Assembly: GCA_035937795.1 (NCBI GenBank)
Contig: DASZHO010000062.1
Span: 7,467-71,466, forward strand
DNA length: 64,000 bases
Source: Vicinamibacterales bacterium
GTDB taxonomy: Bacteria; Acidobacteriota; Vicinamibacteria; Vicinamibacterales; JAMQPK01
Reading direction: 5' to 3'
In this document: positions 27,941 through 37,562 of the stretch, piece by piece
Position numbering within the stretch: the stretch's first letter is position 1
How the letters are laid out: each line of letters begins with the position of its first letter
Notes under the pieces: generated by a model
The model's input: the letters and a program-made list of their open reading frames with translations, nothing else
Database searches by the model: none
Told to the model about the DNA's origin: nothing
Made by a program: the position numbers and the translations under genes

Positions 27941-29542
27941 TTAATCCACGTAGCCCAGCGCCTGCAGGCGCCTCAGAATCTCGCTTTCTGCCTCCGCATC
28001 CAGCTCGGCCGCAACCATCTCCGGCGTGTGGACAGGTCCATCGTCCGAATACCTTGGCGGCCGCGTGCCGAGGACAGCCGGATCCAGAGCCTCCGACACG
28101 AAGCGCCCTTCCAAATTCGGCGGGATCGGCAAATCGAGCGCGTGGAGAAGCAAGGGCGCTACATCAAGGATCGACAGTGGTTGGATCCGGGCGCCCTTGT
28201 TTACGCCGGGACCGGCGAGGACCAGTACACCGTCAGGCCTGTGGGTGCCCGTCGGCAGCGGTCTGCGTCGCGCAGGATCCGGCGAGTCCAAAATTGAAAT
28301 CAGACCGCCATCAGCGAGCTCCAGTGTCAGATCCGGGGCCAGAGAGAGGTTCGGTCCCGTGAAGATCTCCTCCCGCGTCCACACACGTGCCACCACTGCT
28401 TCGCCTGACTCCGGGTCCCGAATCTGCAGAAGATCCGAGGCCAAATCGTCTCGAAACGCCTTGTACTCATCCGCGGATACCCCGTGCGGGTGCGTTTGGT
28501 CGGCGTGAACGATATGGATGCCGTTTCCGCTCGGCAGCGGCGCGAACGCCCGCGTGCGAGTCCAATCCATCTGAAAGACATGGCGCGCCATCTGGTTCAG
28601 TCCGAGCGCCGTCGCTCCCACGCTTGCTGGCGCCTCACCCGGCTGCCACGCAAGGCGGCCGGTCTGACGCAACCAGGCATTCACGAACAACGTACGGACC
28701 TGCGGCCCGAAGCCGTGGTCCGAGGCGATGAAGACGCTGGCCTCATCGCCAACGACATCCAGTAGTTCTTCAATGCGGCGGTCCAGCTCGCTGAAGTATT
28801 CGCGGCACTTGTCGCGGACGCGAAGCTCCCAATCCGAGGCGAGCGCTCCCGTCATCTTTGGGTCGATAAACCTCCAGCAGAGGTGCTGGATCTTGTCGAC
28901 GCCGTCAAACAGGACGGCGGTGAAGTCAGCCGGCTCCTTCTCGGCAAGGTAGCGCGCAATGTCGACCCACTGCCGCTCCCGGCGGATGTGCATGTCTATC
29001 CACGGCTCGTATTCGGCTTCCTCGCAGCCCTCGATCGCCTTCGCCTCCTGCGTCATATCGAGTGCCAGCTCACGCGCGTTGAACGATGGCAGCGTGCGTA
29101 GTCGGTCGAAGAGCCCCTCCGGATGACATCCGAGCCTGAGCTGCCGCCACGGCACGAACCCACCGGGCACGATGTGACCGGCAACCTTCGGCGGCGGAAA
29201 CGTGAGCGGAAAGTTCAAGACGGTCGATCGCAGCCCTGCGCTGTTGGCGAACGACCATATCGTCGGACACGCGACGTCATGCGAGGTGAGGAAGCGGAAC
29301 AACGGGCTCGATTCCCCGTCCTTGCGAAAAAAATCGAAAATGCCGTGTGATCCTGGTCCCCGACCGGTGACGAGCGAGGTCCACGCGGGTGGCGTCAGGG
29401 CCGGCACCGTCGATCGGAGGGTTGCGCGCACGCCCGAGCCAATCACGTCGCGCAGCACGGGCATCGCGCCCTCTTCCATCAGCGGATCGAGGAGGTCGAA
29501 CGTCGCGCCATCGAGTCCGATCAGGAGCACCTCGCGCGTCAT
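27941..29542 (-). CDS. Alkaline-phosphatase-superfamily enzyme (type I phosphodiesterase / nucleotide pyrophosphatase, PF01663-like)
   Basis: 'VLLIGLDGATFDLL' (metal-site Asp), 'PALTPPAWTSLVTG' (putative Thr nucleophile), 'VFIASDHGFG'. ATG 29542 overlaps the ACP stop (ATGA, 29539-29542). Confidence 0.75.
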   Translation of the reverse strand: MTREVLLIGLDGATFDLLDPLMEEGAMPVLRDVIGSGVRATLRSTVPALTPPAWTSLVTGRGPGSHGIFDFFRKDGESSPLFRFLTSHDVACPTIWSFANSAGLRSTVLNFPLTFPPPKVAGHIVPGGFVPWRQLRLGCHPEGLFDRLRTLPSFNARELALDMTQEAKAIEGCEEAEYEPWIDMHIRRERQWVDIARYLAEKEPADFTAVLFDGVDKIQHLCWRFIDPKMTGALASDWELRVRDKCREYFSELDRRIEELLDVVGDEASVFIASDHGFGPQVRTLFVNAWLRQTGRLAWQPGEAPASVGATALGLNQMARHVFQMDWTRTRAFAPLPSGNGIHIVHADQTHPHGVSADEYKAFRDDLASDLLQIRDPESGEAVVARVWTREEIFTGPNLSLAPDLTLELADGGLISILDSPDPARRRPLPTGTHRPDGVLVLAGPGVNKGARIQPLSILDVAPLLLHALDLPIPPNLEGRFVSEALDPAVLGTRPPRYSDDGPVHTPEMVAAELDAEAESEILRRLQALGYVD

Positions 29543-29865
29543 ACACCCTCCGACGCGCCCGCGGCGCGGGAAGCTGCGGCCACCGGTTGGCGGACGTGCC
29601 GCTCGATGAAGTCGACCCATTCACTAATCGTGAGGTCGCGTACTTCACGCTGTCCGATATCCGCGAAGAATTGTGGAAACGGAAAGGTCTGGCGGAAATG
29701 CTCCTGAACCTTTGAGCCAAGGACGACGAGATCTAGCGATTCGAACGCGAGGTCGGCGAACAGCCGGGTGTTGGCGCCGACCGGCCCTTCGAATTCCCAG
29801 TCTCGAGCCACGCCGTTCAGAAGCTCCAACACCTCTGCCAGGATCTGTTCGCGCGTATATGTCAT
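29539..29865 (-). CDS. Discrete acyl carrier protein
   Basis: 108 aa. 'FADLAFESLDLVVLGSKVQE' matches the (D/E)SLD phosphopantetheine-attachment helix. A 'GGAGGAAAG' lies ~8 nt upstream of ATG 29865. Confidence 0.7.
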   Translation of the reverse strand: MTYTREQILAEVLELLNGVARDWEFEGPVGANTRLFADLAFESLDLVVLGSKVQEHFRQTFPFPQFFADIGQREVRDLTISEWVDFIERHVRQPVAAASRAAGASEGV

Positions 29866-29898
29866 GAAGTGCTTTCCTCCATTGTGTTCAGGCGATCG

Positions 29899-32800
29899 TT
29901 ATCGAATACATGTGGCGACGATCCACTCGCCTTCGCGTGCGGTTGATGCCGACAGCGTGACGCTGCCCGCATTCGGCGACACGTAACGCATAACGACGGT
30001 GCCGCGCTCGCGGTGGATGCGCTCGACCGCCAGACCCTCGGACACGGGGTTGACGTCGCAGCCCGTGGCTTTGGCTGATGCTTCCTTCGCACACCACAGG
30101 CGTAGAGCCCATGCCTGGCGCTCGTCGCCGTCGAGGCTCTCGAGCATCTCGCGCTCACGGGCGCCAAACGCCACGTTCTCCATCCCCGGCTTCATTCGAC
30201 CGTACCGCTCGAGATCGATGCCAACGCCGGAGATGCCCTCGCCGTCGGTGAGAACGGCGACCGCCGCTCCATCGACGTGCGAAATCGAGACGAGCGGCAC
30301 CCGCGGCACCTGGCCGGTCCACGACCCGGTCACGATGGGCCGACCGGATGGCTCCGGCAAAATCTCGACATCGGCGGGACGCAGACTCAGGTGGAAGTGC
30401 CGCTGCAGATGATCGCGCACCGCATCCTTGGCCGCGATGCGCCCAAGGAGCCATTCGAGCCGACGCCGTTCGGGTACTTTCAAGCCGTACCAGATCGCGC
30501 GTTCGCGTCGGCCGAGGGTGAGCGCCCCGAGCACCCGGGACCACATCCCGCCGTGGGCGTGCAGCCAGCCAGGAGGAAACGTGTCGAGTCCGATCCTGAA
30601 CGCGATCACCCGATTCGTCTCGACTGCAGCGTTCACAAGCGCCCACGGATGAGACAACCGTACTGACGCGGGCTGTAGCAAACCGCGAAATGCCGCCTCC
30701 GGCAATTCGAAACGGCGATCCTCCCAATCCTTGAACCGCGCCCACAGACGCCCGTCCGAACGCACCACGTCCAGGTCGGAACGCACCTGATGATCTCCGA
30801 CCAGTGCGATATGCGCGCGACACGTGAGCTGTTCTCCTGCCGGAAGGGGAGGACCGTAGAGGTGCAGCGCTCCCATGCGGAAAGGCAGCACGACGAATCC
30901 ACGCTCGAGGTACTGAGACGTCCAGAAACCGACAGCCTGGCCGGGTTGATCCAGCAGGACGAAATCGGTGACGAGGCCGTCAGCGGCCTGGGGCGCGAGC
31001 AGCCTCTCCCGAGGGACGATCGTGAGCGTCGCCTCGGCCCCGTTGTCGCCGACGCGATCGATCGAGCGCACGCCGCGAAACAGCGGGCCGTGAAACATCG
31101 TTTCGTCGTACAACCGCTCGGGCGCCCATTTGTACGCCCGCTCGTGTTGCAGACCGAGCGGCTCCGGCGCGGGCGGTATCGGGTAGCTGTCGCCGAGCAG
31201 CATCACACCCTCTGCGACCGGTCCCGCCTCAGAAGCCCCAGCGTCCAGAACTCGAACTGATACCTGTGCGTCGCCGCTCCAATCGGCCGTGATTTCGAGC
31301 TGCAGCGATCCGCGGTCCACGGCGAGCCATCGATTGACGCGGACCTCCCGCATTCCGGTGACTGTTTTCTGCGGCGCGAGCGCTGTCGCTGCTTCTGCCA
31401 TGATTTCCATCAGTACCGTGAACGGCACGATCGGAAATCCTGTCAGAAGGGGATCATCGGCCGAAACGTTCCGGCCGAACGTGTGATCGCGCAGGAATGG
31501 ATGCTGATCGAGATCGAGCGTGCAGTGCGCCACCAACGGCCCGTCCACCCCGCCAGCGACAGTCTGGATGAGCGGCAACGGCCGGTATGCAGTGGCTGCG
31601 TCGCGCACGCCGGCGAACGTGTTGTTGATCAGGGCGTGCTCGACGGTCAGGAAGCGGTCCATCGTGTGCAAGAACGCCGACATCACTTGCGTTGCACCAG
31701 TTCGTTGCGCGGACGCGGAAATGGCCTGCGACTCGACGGTCTCCGACCGCATCGCCGCTGGCGGATTGGCCTCCTCGACGGTGGACCGGGTCGGCGGTGG
31801 TGCCACGTCCGCTAGGGTCGCGGGGCGGGCCGCGGGACTGGTCCGAGTACGGACCAACTCGATCATTTCTGGCGACAGGCGCATCGCGGGGGCGCCTGTC
31901 GGAAGCTTCACGGCGCCTAACGACCGACGCGGCGCGGTTTGCTTGGGGTCTGTCGTCCAGTCGATCCGCGACAATCGACGTCGTTCGTACAATGGCTCGA
32001 GCGTCAGTGCGACACCGTGTGCCGCGAGCTGCGCAATGAGATGGTGCAGCTGCAAGAGGCCGGTGCGACGGCTGACGTTTGCCGAGATGGCTGCGAACGG
32101 ACGATCGGCGAGGACGTCCTCGACAAAGGCCGTCAGGTTGCCCCGCGGTCCTGCCTCGACGAAGATGCGAAAGCCGTCCCGCCACATGTTTTCAATCGTG
32201 CGTCTGAATTCGACCGGCCGAATCCAGTGATCGAAGGCGAGCTGTTGCGCCCGCGCCAGATTTGACGGATACAGGGTCGTGCTCGTGCACGAGTAGAGCG
32301 GGACGACCGGCGGGCGCACGATCCACCGCTCGAGTAGAGGCCGCAGCGTCCGCGCGAAGGGTTCGAACTGCGGCGTATGGTACGGCCGGTCGAATGACAA
32401 CCGTTCGTAGAGGAGTCCTTCGTCTCGCAATCGCGCCTCGAGCACGCTCGCTGCGCCAGGATCGGCAATCACAACCACCTGATACCGGCAGTTATCCATC
32501 GCCACACAGGCCGTCAGGCCGATTGATGCGCACAGCGACTCCACCCGCTCCCGCGCTGCACCCACCGCGATCAGAGGTGCTTCGATCGGGAGATCGCCCG
32601 ACCCGGCAGCTTTTCCATGCTGATCGTTCAGCTCGACGACTCGTTGATCGTTGTGCACCTCGTCGACCATGCCGGCCGCACGCATCGCCGAGTACTCGCC
32701 GGAGCTGTGCCCCAGGACCGCGTCGGGGACGATACCGAGCCGTTTGAGAAGCGTACAGATCGCCTGGTTCGCGGCGACGACCGCCTCGACGGCCACGTCC

Positions 32801-34749
32801 ATCTGCCACAAGCGGCGTTCTGCGGCCGCGCGCTCGGCTTCGGTGAACGGCGGAGGCGGAAACACCAATTCACTGAGCCGATATCCGCGCGGATGGTTGA
32901 ACAGCACGCGATCCATCGCGTCGAAGCACGCGCGAACGCCGGGGAAATGACGGCAGAGATCGCTCAGCATGTTGACGTACTGCGCGCCCTCGCCGGGGAA
33001 CACGAACGCGAGCCTTCCGCTCCGCGCGAGCGGCTCGTCGAAGTAATAAATGCCGCCTACGTCTTTGATCTTGCGACACGTCGGGTCGCCAAGGCGCGTC
33101 AGCGCACGGTCCAGTTTGCGCGCCAGATCATCGATCGATCGTGCGACGATGCCGAGCGTGGTACTCGATGGTCCGCCGGCGCCGTGTTGGGTATTGAGCG
33201 AGTACGCCACGTCGGCAAGTGCTGGCGCCGGGTCGCGCGCCAGCACGGCTGCCACGCGACGACCGAGGCCAATCACCTCATCGCGACTGGCGACCGAGAA
33301 CAGACACACTTCGCTGTCCCACTCGGTATCGAGCGTCGGGCCATCATCAGGCGCGGGAGCTTCCTCGATGACGACGTGGGCGTTGATGCCGCCGAACCCG
33401 AAGGCGTTGATCCCTGCACGGCGCGGTTCGGTCGCGTCTCCATGGATCCACGGCCGCGTCTCCGTGTTGATGTAGAAGGGCGTGCGCTCGATTCCCAGCC
33501 GCGGACTCGGTCCTGTCACATTCAGTGTGGCCGGGAGCACCTTGTGGTAGAGGGCAAGCACGGCCTTGATGAAGCCCGCGATGCCGGCCGCCGGCATCGT
33601 ATGGCCGATCATCGACTTCACGCTGCCAAGTGCGCACTGTGGGGCCCGCACACGTGGCCCGAACACGCGAGCGAGTGCCTCGACTTCGGCGGCATCGCCC
33701 ACCAACGTGCCCGTGCCGTGCGCCTCAATGAGACCGACGGTCGACGGAGCAATGCCAGCCGCTGTGTACGCGCGCCGGAGGGCGAGCTCTTCCCCCTCGA
33801 TGCGGGGCGCAAGAACGCCGACAGCCCGGCCATCGCTCGCCACGCCCGTGCCCTTGATGAACGCGTAGATCCGATCGCCGTCTCGCTCGGCCTGCGACCG
33901 ACGCTTGAGGACGGCCATCCCGATTCCTTCGCTCAACAGGGTGCCATCCGCATCTTTGTCGAAGGGCCGGATGCGCTCGGTCAACGACAGCGCTTTCAGC
34001 TGACAGAACAGGCTGAGCACCGGAAGCGGTGTCGCCACCTGGAGGCCTCCCACGAGCGCGAGGTCGTACTCCCCATGACGAAGACCTTTCACGGCGATAT
34101 CGACGGCCACGAGCGACGAGGCGCACGCGGCGTCCACCGTGTAGCTGGGACCCATGATGTCCAGCCGGTTTGCGATGCGGCCCACTGTGACGTTCGGAAT
34201 CAGCGCAGGAGCTGTTTCCGCGTCGAACCGGGGAAGACGCCGTTTCAGATCCGCGCGAATGCGACACAGGTCCTCTTCGGTGAGCTCTGGTTGAATCGAT
34301 TTCAGCACTCCGAGCGTGTAATCCACGATGAGCGCATGCTGGACGACACTCAACGTCCCGCGGTTCGCGTACGTGCCCTTTCCCAGGATCAGGGCAGCTC
34401 GTTCGCGGTAGGCGCTGGCGTCCAGACATCCGGCATCGCGGAGCGCTTCGCGAGCGACGTGGAGTGCGAGCCACTGATCTGGCTCGCCACCTTCGACGGC
34501 GCGCGGCATGATGCCATGCTCCAGCGGATCGAAGTGGGCCAGCGGCCCGAGATAGCCACCTTTCCTGCAATACACCCGGTCGTTCTCGTCGGCGTTGACG
34601 TCGTAGTACACCGCCGGATCCCACGCCTCGTGCGGCGGATCCGTGATGGCGTCGACCTTGGACAAGATGTTTCGCCAGAACGCGCCGACGTTGGGCGCGC
34701 CCGGAAACAGACAGGCCACGCCGACAACGGCGATGTCTTCCGGCCTCAT
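29899..34749 (-). CDS. Pfa-like synthase subunit: KS-AT-DH-PPTase
   Basis: KS: 'IAVVGVACLFPGAPN', 'VDAACASSLVAVDIA', 'EAHGTGT', 'SMIGHTMPAAG'. AT: 'FVFPGEGAQY', 'GHSSGEYSAMRAAG'. DH (double hotdog): 'HPFLRDHTFGRNV...FPIVPFTVLMEIMAEAA', 'LLDQPGQAVGFW'. The C-terminal ~250 aa carry Sfp-type PPTase motifs 'SISHVDG', 'GVGIDLER', 'WCAKEASAKATG'. There is an ATGA overlap with the upstream gene (34746-34749). Confidence 0.9.
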   Translation of the reverse strand: MRPEDIAVVGVACLFPGAPNVGAFWRNILSKVDAITDPPHEAWDPAVYYDVNADENDRVYCRKGGYLGPLAHFDPLEHGIMPRAVEGGEPDQWLALHVAREALRDAGCLDASAYRERAALILGKGTYANRGTLSVVQHALIVDYTLGVLKSIQPELTEEDLCRIRADLKRRLPRFDAETAPALIPNVTVGRIANRLDIMGPSYTVDAACASSLVAVDIAVKGLRHGEYDLALVGGLQVATPLPVLSLFCQLKALSLTERIRPFDKDADGTLLSEGIGMAVLKRRSQAERDGDRIYAFIKGTGVASDGRAVGVLAPRIEGEELALRRAYTAAGIAPSTVGLIEAHGTGTLVGDAAEVEALARVFGPRVRAPQCALGSVKSMIGHTMPAAGIAGFIKAVLALYHKVLPATLNVTGPSPRLGIERTPFYINTETRPWIHGDATEPRRAGINAFGFGGINAHVVIEEAPAPDDGPTLDTEWDSEVCLFSVASRDEVIGLGRRVAAVLARDPAPALADVAYSLNTQHGAGGPSSTTLGIVARSIDDLARKLDRALTRLGDPTCRKIKDVGGIYYFDEPLARSGRLAFVFPGEGAQYVNMLSDLCRHFPGVRACFDAMDRVLFNHPRGYRLSELVFPPPPFTEAERAAAERRLWQMDVAVEAVVAANQAICTLLKRLGIVPDAVLGHSSGEYSAMRAAGMVDEVHNDQRVVELNDQHGKAAGSGDLPIEAPLIAVGAARERVESLCASIGLTACVAMDNCRYQVVVIADPGAASVLEARLRDEGLLYERLSFDRPYHTPQFEPFARTLRPLLERWIVRPPVVPLYSCTSTTLYPSNLARAQQLAFDHWIRPVEFRRTIENMWRDGFRIFVEAGPRGNLTAFVEDVLADRPFAAISANVSRRTGLLQLHHLIAQLAAHGVALTLEPLYERRRLSRIDWTTDPKQTAPRRSLGAVKLPTGAPAMRLSPEMIELVRTRTSPAARPATLADVAPPPTRSTVEEANPPAAMRSETVESQAISASAQRTGATQVMSAFLHTMDRFLTVEHALINNTFAGVRDAATAYRPLPLIQTVAGGVDGPLVAHCTLDLDQHPFLRDHTFGRNVSADDPLLTGFPIVPFTVLMEIMAEAATALAPQKTVTGMREVRVNRWLAVDRGSLQLEITADWSGDAQVSVRVLDAGASEAGPVAEGVMLLGDSYPIPPAPEPLGLQHERAYKWAPERLYDETMFHGPLFRGVRSIDRVGDNGAEATLTIVPRERLLAPQAADGLVTDFVLLDQPGQAVGFWTSQYLERGFVVLPFRMGALHLYGPPLPAGEQLTCRAHIALVGDHQVRSDLDVVRSDGRLWARFKDWEDRRFELPEAAFRGLLQPASVRLSHPWALVNAAVETNRVIAFRIGLDTFPPGWLHAHGGMWSRVLGALTLGRRERAIWYGLKVPERRRLEWLLGRIAAKDAVRDHLQRHFHLSLRPADVEILPEPSGRPIVTGSWTGQVPRVPLVSISHVDGAAVAVLTDGEGISGVGIDLERYGRMKPGMENVAFGAREREMLESLDGDERQAWALRLWCAKEASAKATGCDVNPVSEGLAVERIHRERGTVVMRYVSPNAGSVTLSASTAREGEWIVATCIR
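29902..30711 (-). other. Integrated Sfp-type 4'-phosphopantetheinyl transferase domain (C-terminus of the KS-AT-DH protein)
   Basis: The last ~270 aa after the DH double hotdog carry 'GRPIV...VSISHVDG', 'GVGIDLERY' and 'LWCAKEASAKATG'. These correspond to the PPTase signatures (V/I)G(I/V)D and (F/W)(S/C/T)xKE(A/S)xxK. Confidence 0.75.
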
Positions 34750-37562
34750 GGCTGGCTCCCGTCGCGCGCGTCGTCGCTGGCGAGCCTGTTCAGCGCACTG
34801 GTGCAGCTCGCCTCCATACCGTCGAGGACTGCGAGTACGCGCCCGGCTGCGTCGATGAAATGAACGTTGCTCTTCAGTGCGTGACCCGCCGCCAGGCTCT
34901 CCACGGCGACGTAACAGGTCAGCGGCTCATCTGCAAGCGGTCCGTATCGCGCGAACGAATGAAAGCGCGATGGCAGCGCCGTCTTATCATTCTTGGCACG
35001 CGACCACATGAGCAGAAGTTGCAAGGCCGCATCAAAGACAAACGGATCGATGATCCATTTTGGACGCGCGACGTCGAAGAGCACGGGGATCGCGGACGAG
35101 GAGTAGACCCTCCCCACCATCGAGGCAACACCAATGCCCACGATCTGGGTGATCCGCTGAAACAGCGGTCCGTGAAACGTCCAGTCGCTATACGCCCGGT
35201 CCAGCGATTTCGATAACGGGAGGAGCGGCCACGCCGGAATGTCGACAGCCGGGGTCTCAATCCTCCGCGAGGCCATTTGCACGACCGACCGGTAACGCAG
35301 CGGCGGGTTCATCGACGGTGTTGAGATGTCGACGTCCACTTCCGTCAATCCGTTTTCGTTGCTGTGGACTGCACTCCGCGCCGTCACACTGATGGGCACG
35401 GGCGCAGGGTCGACGGCGATGCCTTTGAGGAGCTGCAGGTCGCGCACGGCAACGACGCGGAGGTCGGGCCGTGCGGCTTGAGCCGCTTCCGCCATGAATT
35501 CCGTGGCGAACGCCAGCGGTAGCACCGGCTTTCCGTCGAGGCGGTGATCGTGTAAGTAGAGATCGACCGACTGGTCGAGGTGTCGCACGAACCGAACGGC
35601 ATCAGCTTGCGGCGACTCTCGCGTCGCATACTTGAGCAGCGGCAACCTTTCGTGCTCCGTAACGGTTCCGAGCGGAACTGCCGCGTGGCCGGCTACCACC
35701 ACCTCCGCGCCGGTCGCGGGGCCTTGCTGGATCTCCTGCCACAACGCACGGCGGCCGGCCACCGGTGAGAGGAGCTCGACGCCGCGTCGGGCGAATTCTC
35801 GCTTGAGCTCGGGCGAGACCATGCCCAACTTGTCCCACGGCGCCCACGCAATGGAACAGACGCGAACCGGCCACCGCCGCTGCAGCACGACGGCGAGCTT
35901 GCTGACCACCTCATTGGCGGCCGCGTAGTCCGCCTGCCCGCGGTTACCGAACCGCCCGGCCACAGACGAGAAGAACACCACAAACCGCAGCGATTCAGGC
36001 TGGAGGTGGCGGCCCAGCACGAAAGCGCTGACCGCCTTCGTGCGAAACACGCGGTCGAACGACTCGGCCGACTTGTCGCGCACGAGCTTGTCCTCGATGA
36101 TCCCCGCGCCATGAATCACCCCGTCGAGCCGGCCATAGGTCGCGTAGACATCATCGATGAGGGCGCCAAAGGCCTGTTCGTCCTGGACGTCCAGCTGGAC
36201 ATAGTGCGCGCGGGCGCCGGCCGCGCTGAGCTTGCTGATGGTCTCGCGAATCTCGCGCTCCTTGAGAAGCTGCCGATGCGCCTTTTCCACCATCGCCGGC
36301 GTCACCCGAGCGCCTCCCTCCCGCAACCGGGCCATCAGCGCTCGCTTGATGTCGGCCCCGATGGTCAGCGTGGCGACGTCCGCCGGTTCGGTCAGTGGAG
36401 GCAGGGGACTCTGTCCGACCAGCACGAAGGTGGGCTGATACCGATCGGCGAGCTCCAAACAGACTTCGGACGTGATGCCGCGCGCGCCACCCGTCGCGAG
36501 AATCACAGCATCACTCGGCACGACAAACGATGGATCGAGGGGTGCGGGGCTACGCACCATATCCACACCCACACGTTTGCCGTTGACGTACCCAATCTCA
36601 GGACTGGAGTCGAGCGACCACAGTTCATCGATCACATGCGCCGCCAGCGCGTCGATCGGCTCGGTCGCATCCAGATCGACGGCACGGACGCGAACGGCAG
36701 GCCATTCGATCGCCACGCATTTCGTGAATCCGACGACCCCGCCTTGACTGGGAAGCATTGAACGATCGACGGACCGAATCCCGAAGGTCCCACCCATCGA
36801 TGTCGCGGCAATGAGGGCGGCTCCCCCATTCTGCGCCGCGCTCTCCAACGAGGAACCGAGCGACCGCGCGAGCAGGAACAGCGTGCGCGTTTCACACGAG
36901 AGCCGGTTCCACCACGATGTGGCGTCGAACGTGTCGAACTGCGGCGCGACCGAGATCGGCGCCAGATGAATCAATGCGCCGACAGGCCCGCACGAGTCGC
37001 CGATCAGATGCGCGATTCGCTCGGCCTCATCCGCCGAATCGAGACGCGACACGAAGAGATCGGGTTGCGGATCCAATCCGTCGTGAGGTGCGATGACCGC
37101 CACCGGGCGCCCGTCGCGCCGGAGTTGCTCGGCAACGAGTCTCGCCACTCCGCGGCCATCGTCAGTCAAGACAACCGCGTGACCGGGCGCGACCGCGGCA
37201 TGCGCGTTGCCGGAGGGGCGCTCTCGCACGGTCAACGCGTAGCGAGAGAACGCCGCCTGATCGATCGGTGCGTGTCCGTACTGCCGTGGCTCGACAACCG
37301 GAGCGGCCTGGGCGGGAAGCGGAGGCCGTTCGGGAACTGTCGCGTGCGCGGGCGGAGCCGAAACAGCCGCAAATGCGGTTTCAGCCGCCGCTCGGGGCAC
37401 GGGCTGCGCCGCGCGAACGCGCGGTTTCCCGCGTGCGAATGCGCCTGTCACGTCCATCTGGAGATCGAGAAACTGCGCCATTACCAGCTGGAAATCCAGG
37501 AGCACGTCGGCGACCGGAGCGACCAAAGGGTATTTCATGTGCCGAGCGTCCATGGGGAGCAT
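34746..37562 (-). CDS. Pfa-like synthase subunit: KR-DH (with N-terminal helical/Pro-Ala linker and pseudo-KR region)
   Basis: KR: 'AVILATGGARGITSEVCLELA', 'GVIHGAGI', 'YAAANEVVSK'. DH: 'HDHRLDGKPVLP' (HxxxGxxxxP) plus 'FDAALQLLLMW'. ATG 37562 shares one nucleotide with the upstream TAA (TAATG). Confidence 0.85.
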   Translation of the reverse strand: MLPMDARHMKYPLVAPVADVLLDFQLVMAQFLDLQMDVTGAFARGKPRVRAAQPVPRAAAETAFAAVSAPPAHATVPERPPLPAQAAPVVEPRQYGHAPIDQAAFSRYALTVRERPSGNAHAAVAPGHAVVLTDDGRGVARLVAEQLRRDGRPVAVIAPHDGLDPQPDLFVSRLDSADEAERIAHLIGDSCGPVGALIHLAPISVAPQFDTFDATSWWNRLSCETRTLFLLARSLGSSLESAAQNGGAALIAATSMGGTFGIRSVDRSMLPSQGGVVGFTKCVAIEWPAVRVRAVDLDATEPIDALAAHVIDELWSLDSSPEIGYVNGKRVGVDMVRSPAPLDPSFVVPSDAVILATGGARGITSEVCLELADRYQPTFVLVGQSPLPPLTEPADVATLTIGADIKRALMARLREGGARVTPAMVEKAHRQLLKEREIRETISKLSAAGARAHYVQLDVQDEQAFGALIDDVYATYGRLDGVIHGAGIIEDKLVRDKSAESFDRVFRTKAVSAFVLGRHLQPESLRFVVFFSSVAGRFGNRGQADYAAANEVVSKLAVVLQRRWPVRVCSIAWAPWDKLGMVSPELKREFARRGVELLSPVAGRRALWQEIQQGPATGAEVVVAGHAAVPLGTVTEHERLPLLKYATRESPQADAVRFVRHLDQSVDLYLHDHRLDGKPVLPLAFATEFMAEAAQAARPDLRVVAVRDLQLLKGIAVDPAPVPISVTARSAVHSNENGLTEVDVDISTPSMNPPLRYRSVVQMASRRIETPAVDIPAWPLLPLSKSLDRAYSDWTFHGPLFQRITQIVGIGVASMVGRVYSSSAIPVLFDVARPKWIIDPFVFDAALQLLLMWSRAKNDKTALPSRFHSFARYGPLADEPLTCYVAVESLAAGHALKSNVHFIDAAGRVLAVLDGMEASCTSALNRLASDDARDGSQP

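Noticed and set aside
29899-34749. Enediyne PKSE (KS-AT-ACP-KR-DH-PPTase)
   Set aside because: The only shared feature is the C-terminal PPTase. This protein lacks the in-line ACP and KR. No enediyne cassette genes (the E3/E4/E5/E10-type unknowns or the hotdog thioesterase) are recognisable nearby.
32617-34863. Long plus-strand ORFs antisense to the PKS genes. Examples: 32617-34863 (748 aa), 39758-41302 (514 aa), 41519-43492 (657 aa), 9848-10876, 20097-21500 and 27638-28297. Many shorter ones occur throughout.
   Set aside because: They lie fully inside minus-strand genes that have unambiguous domain motifs. Their translations are Arg/Ala/Pro/Gly-rich low-complexity sequence without motifs. 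This is typical of shadow ORFs in GC-rich DNA, where stop codons are rare.
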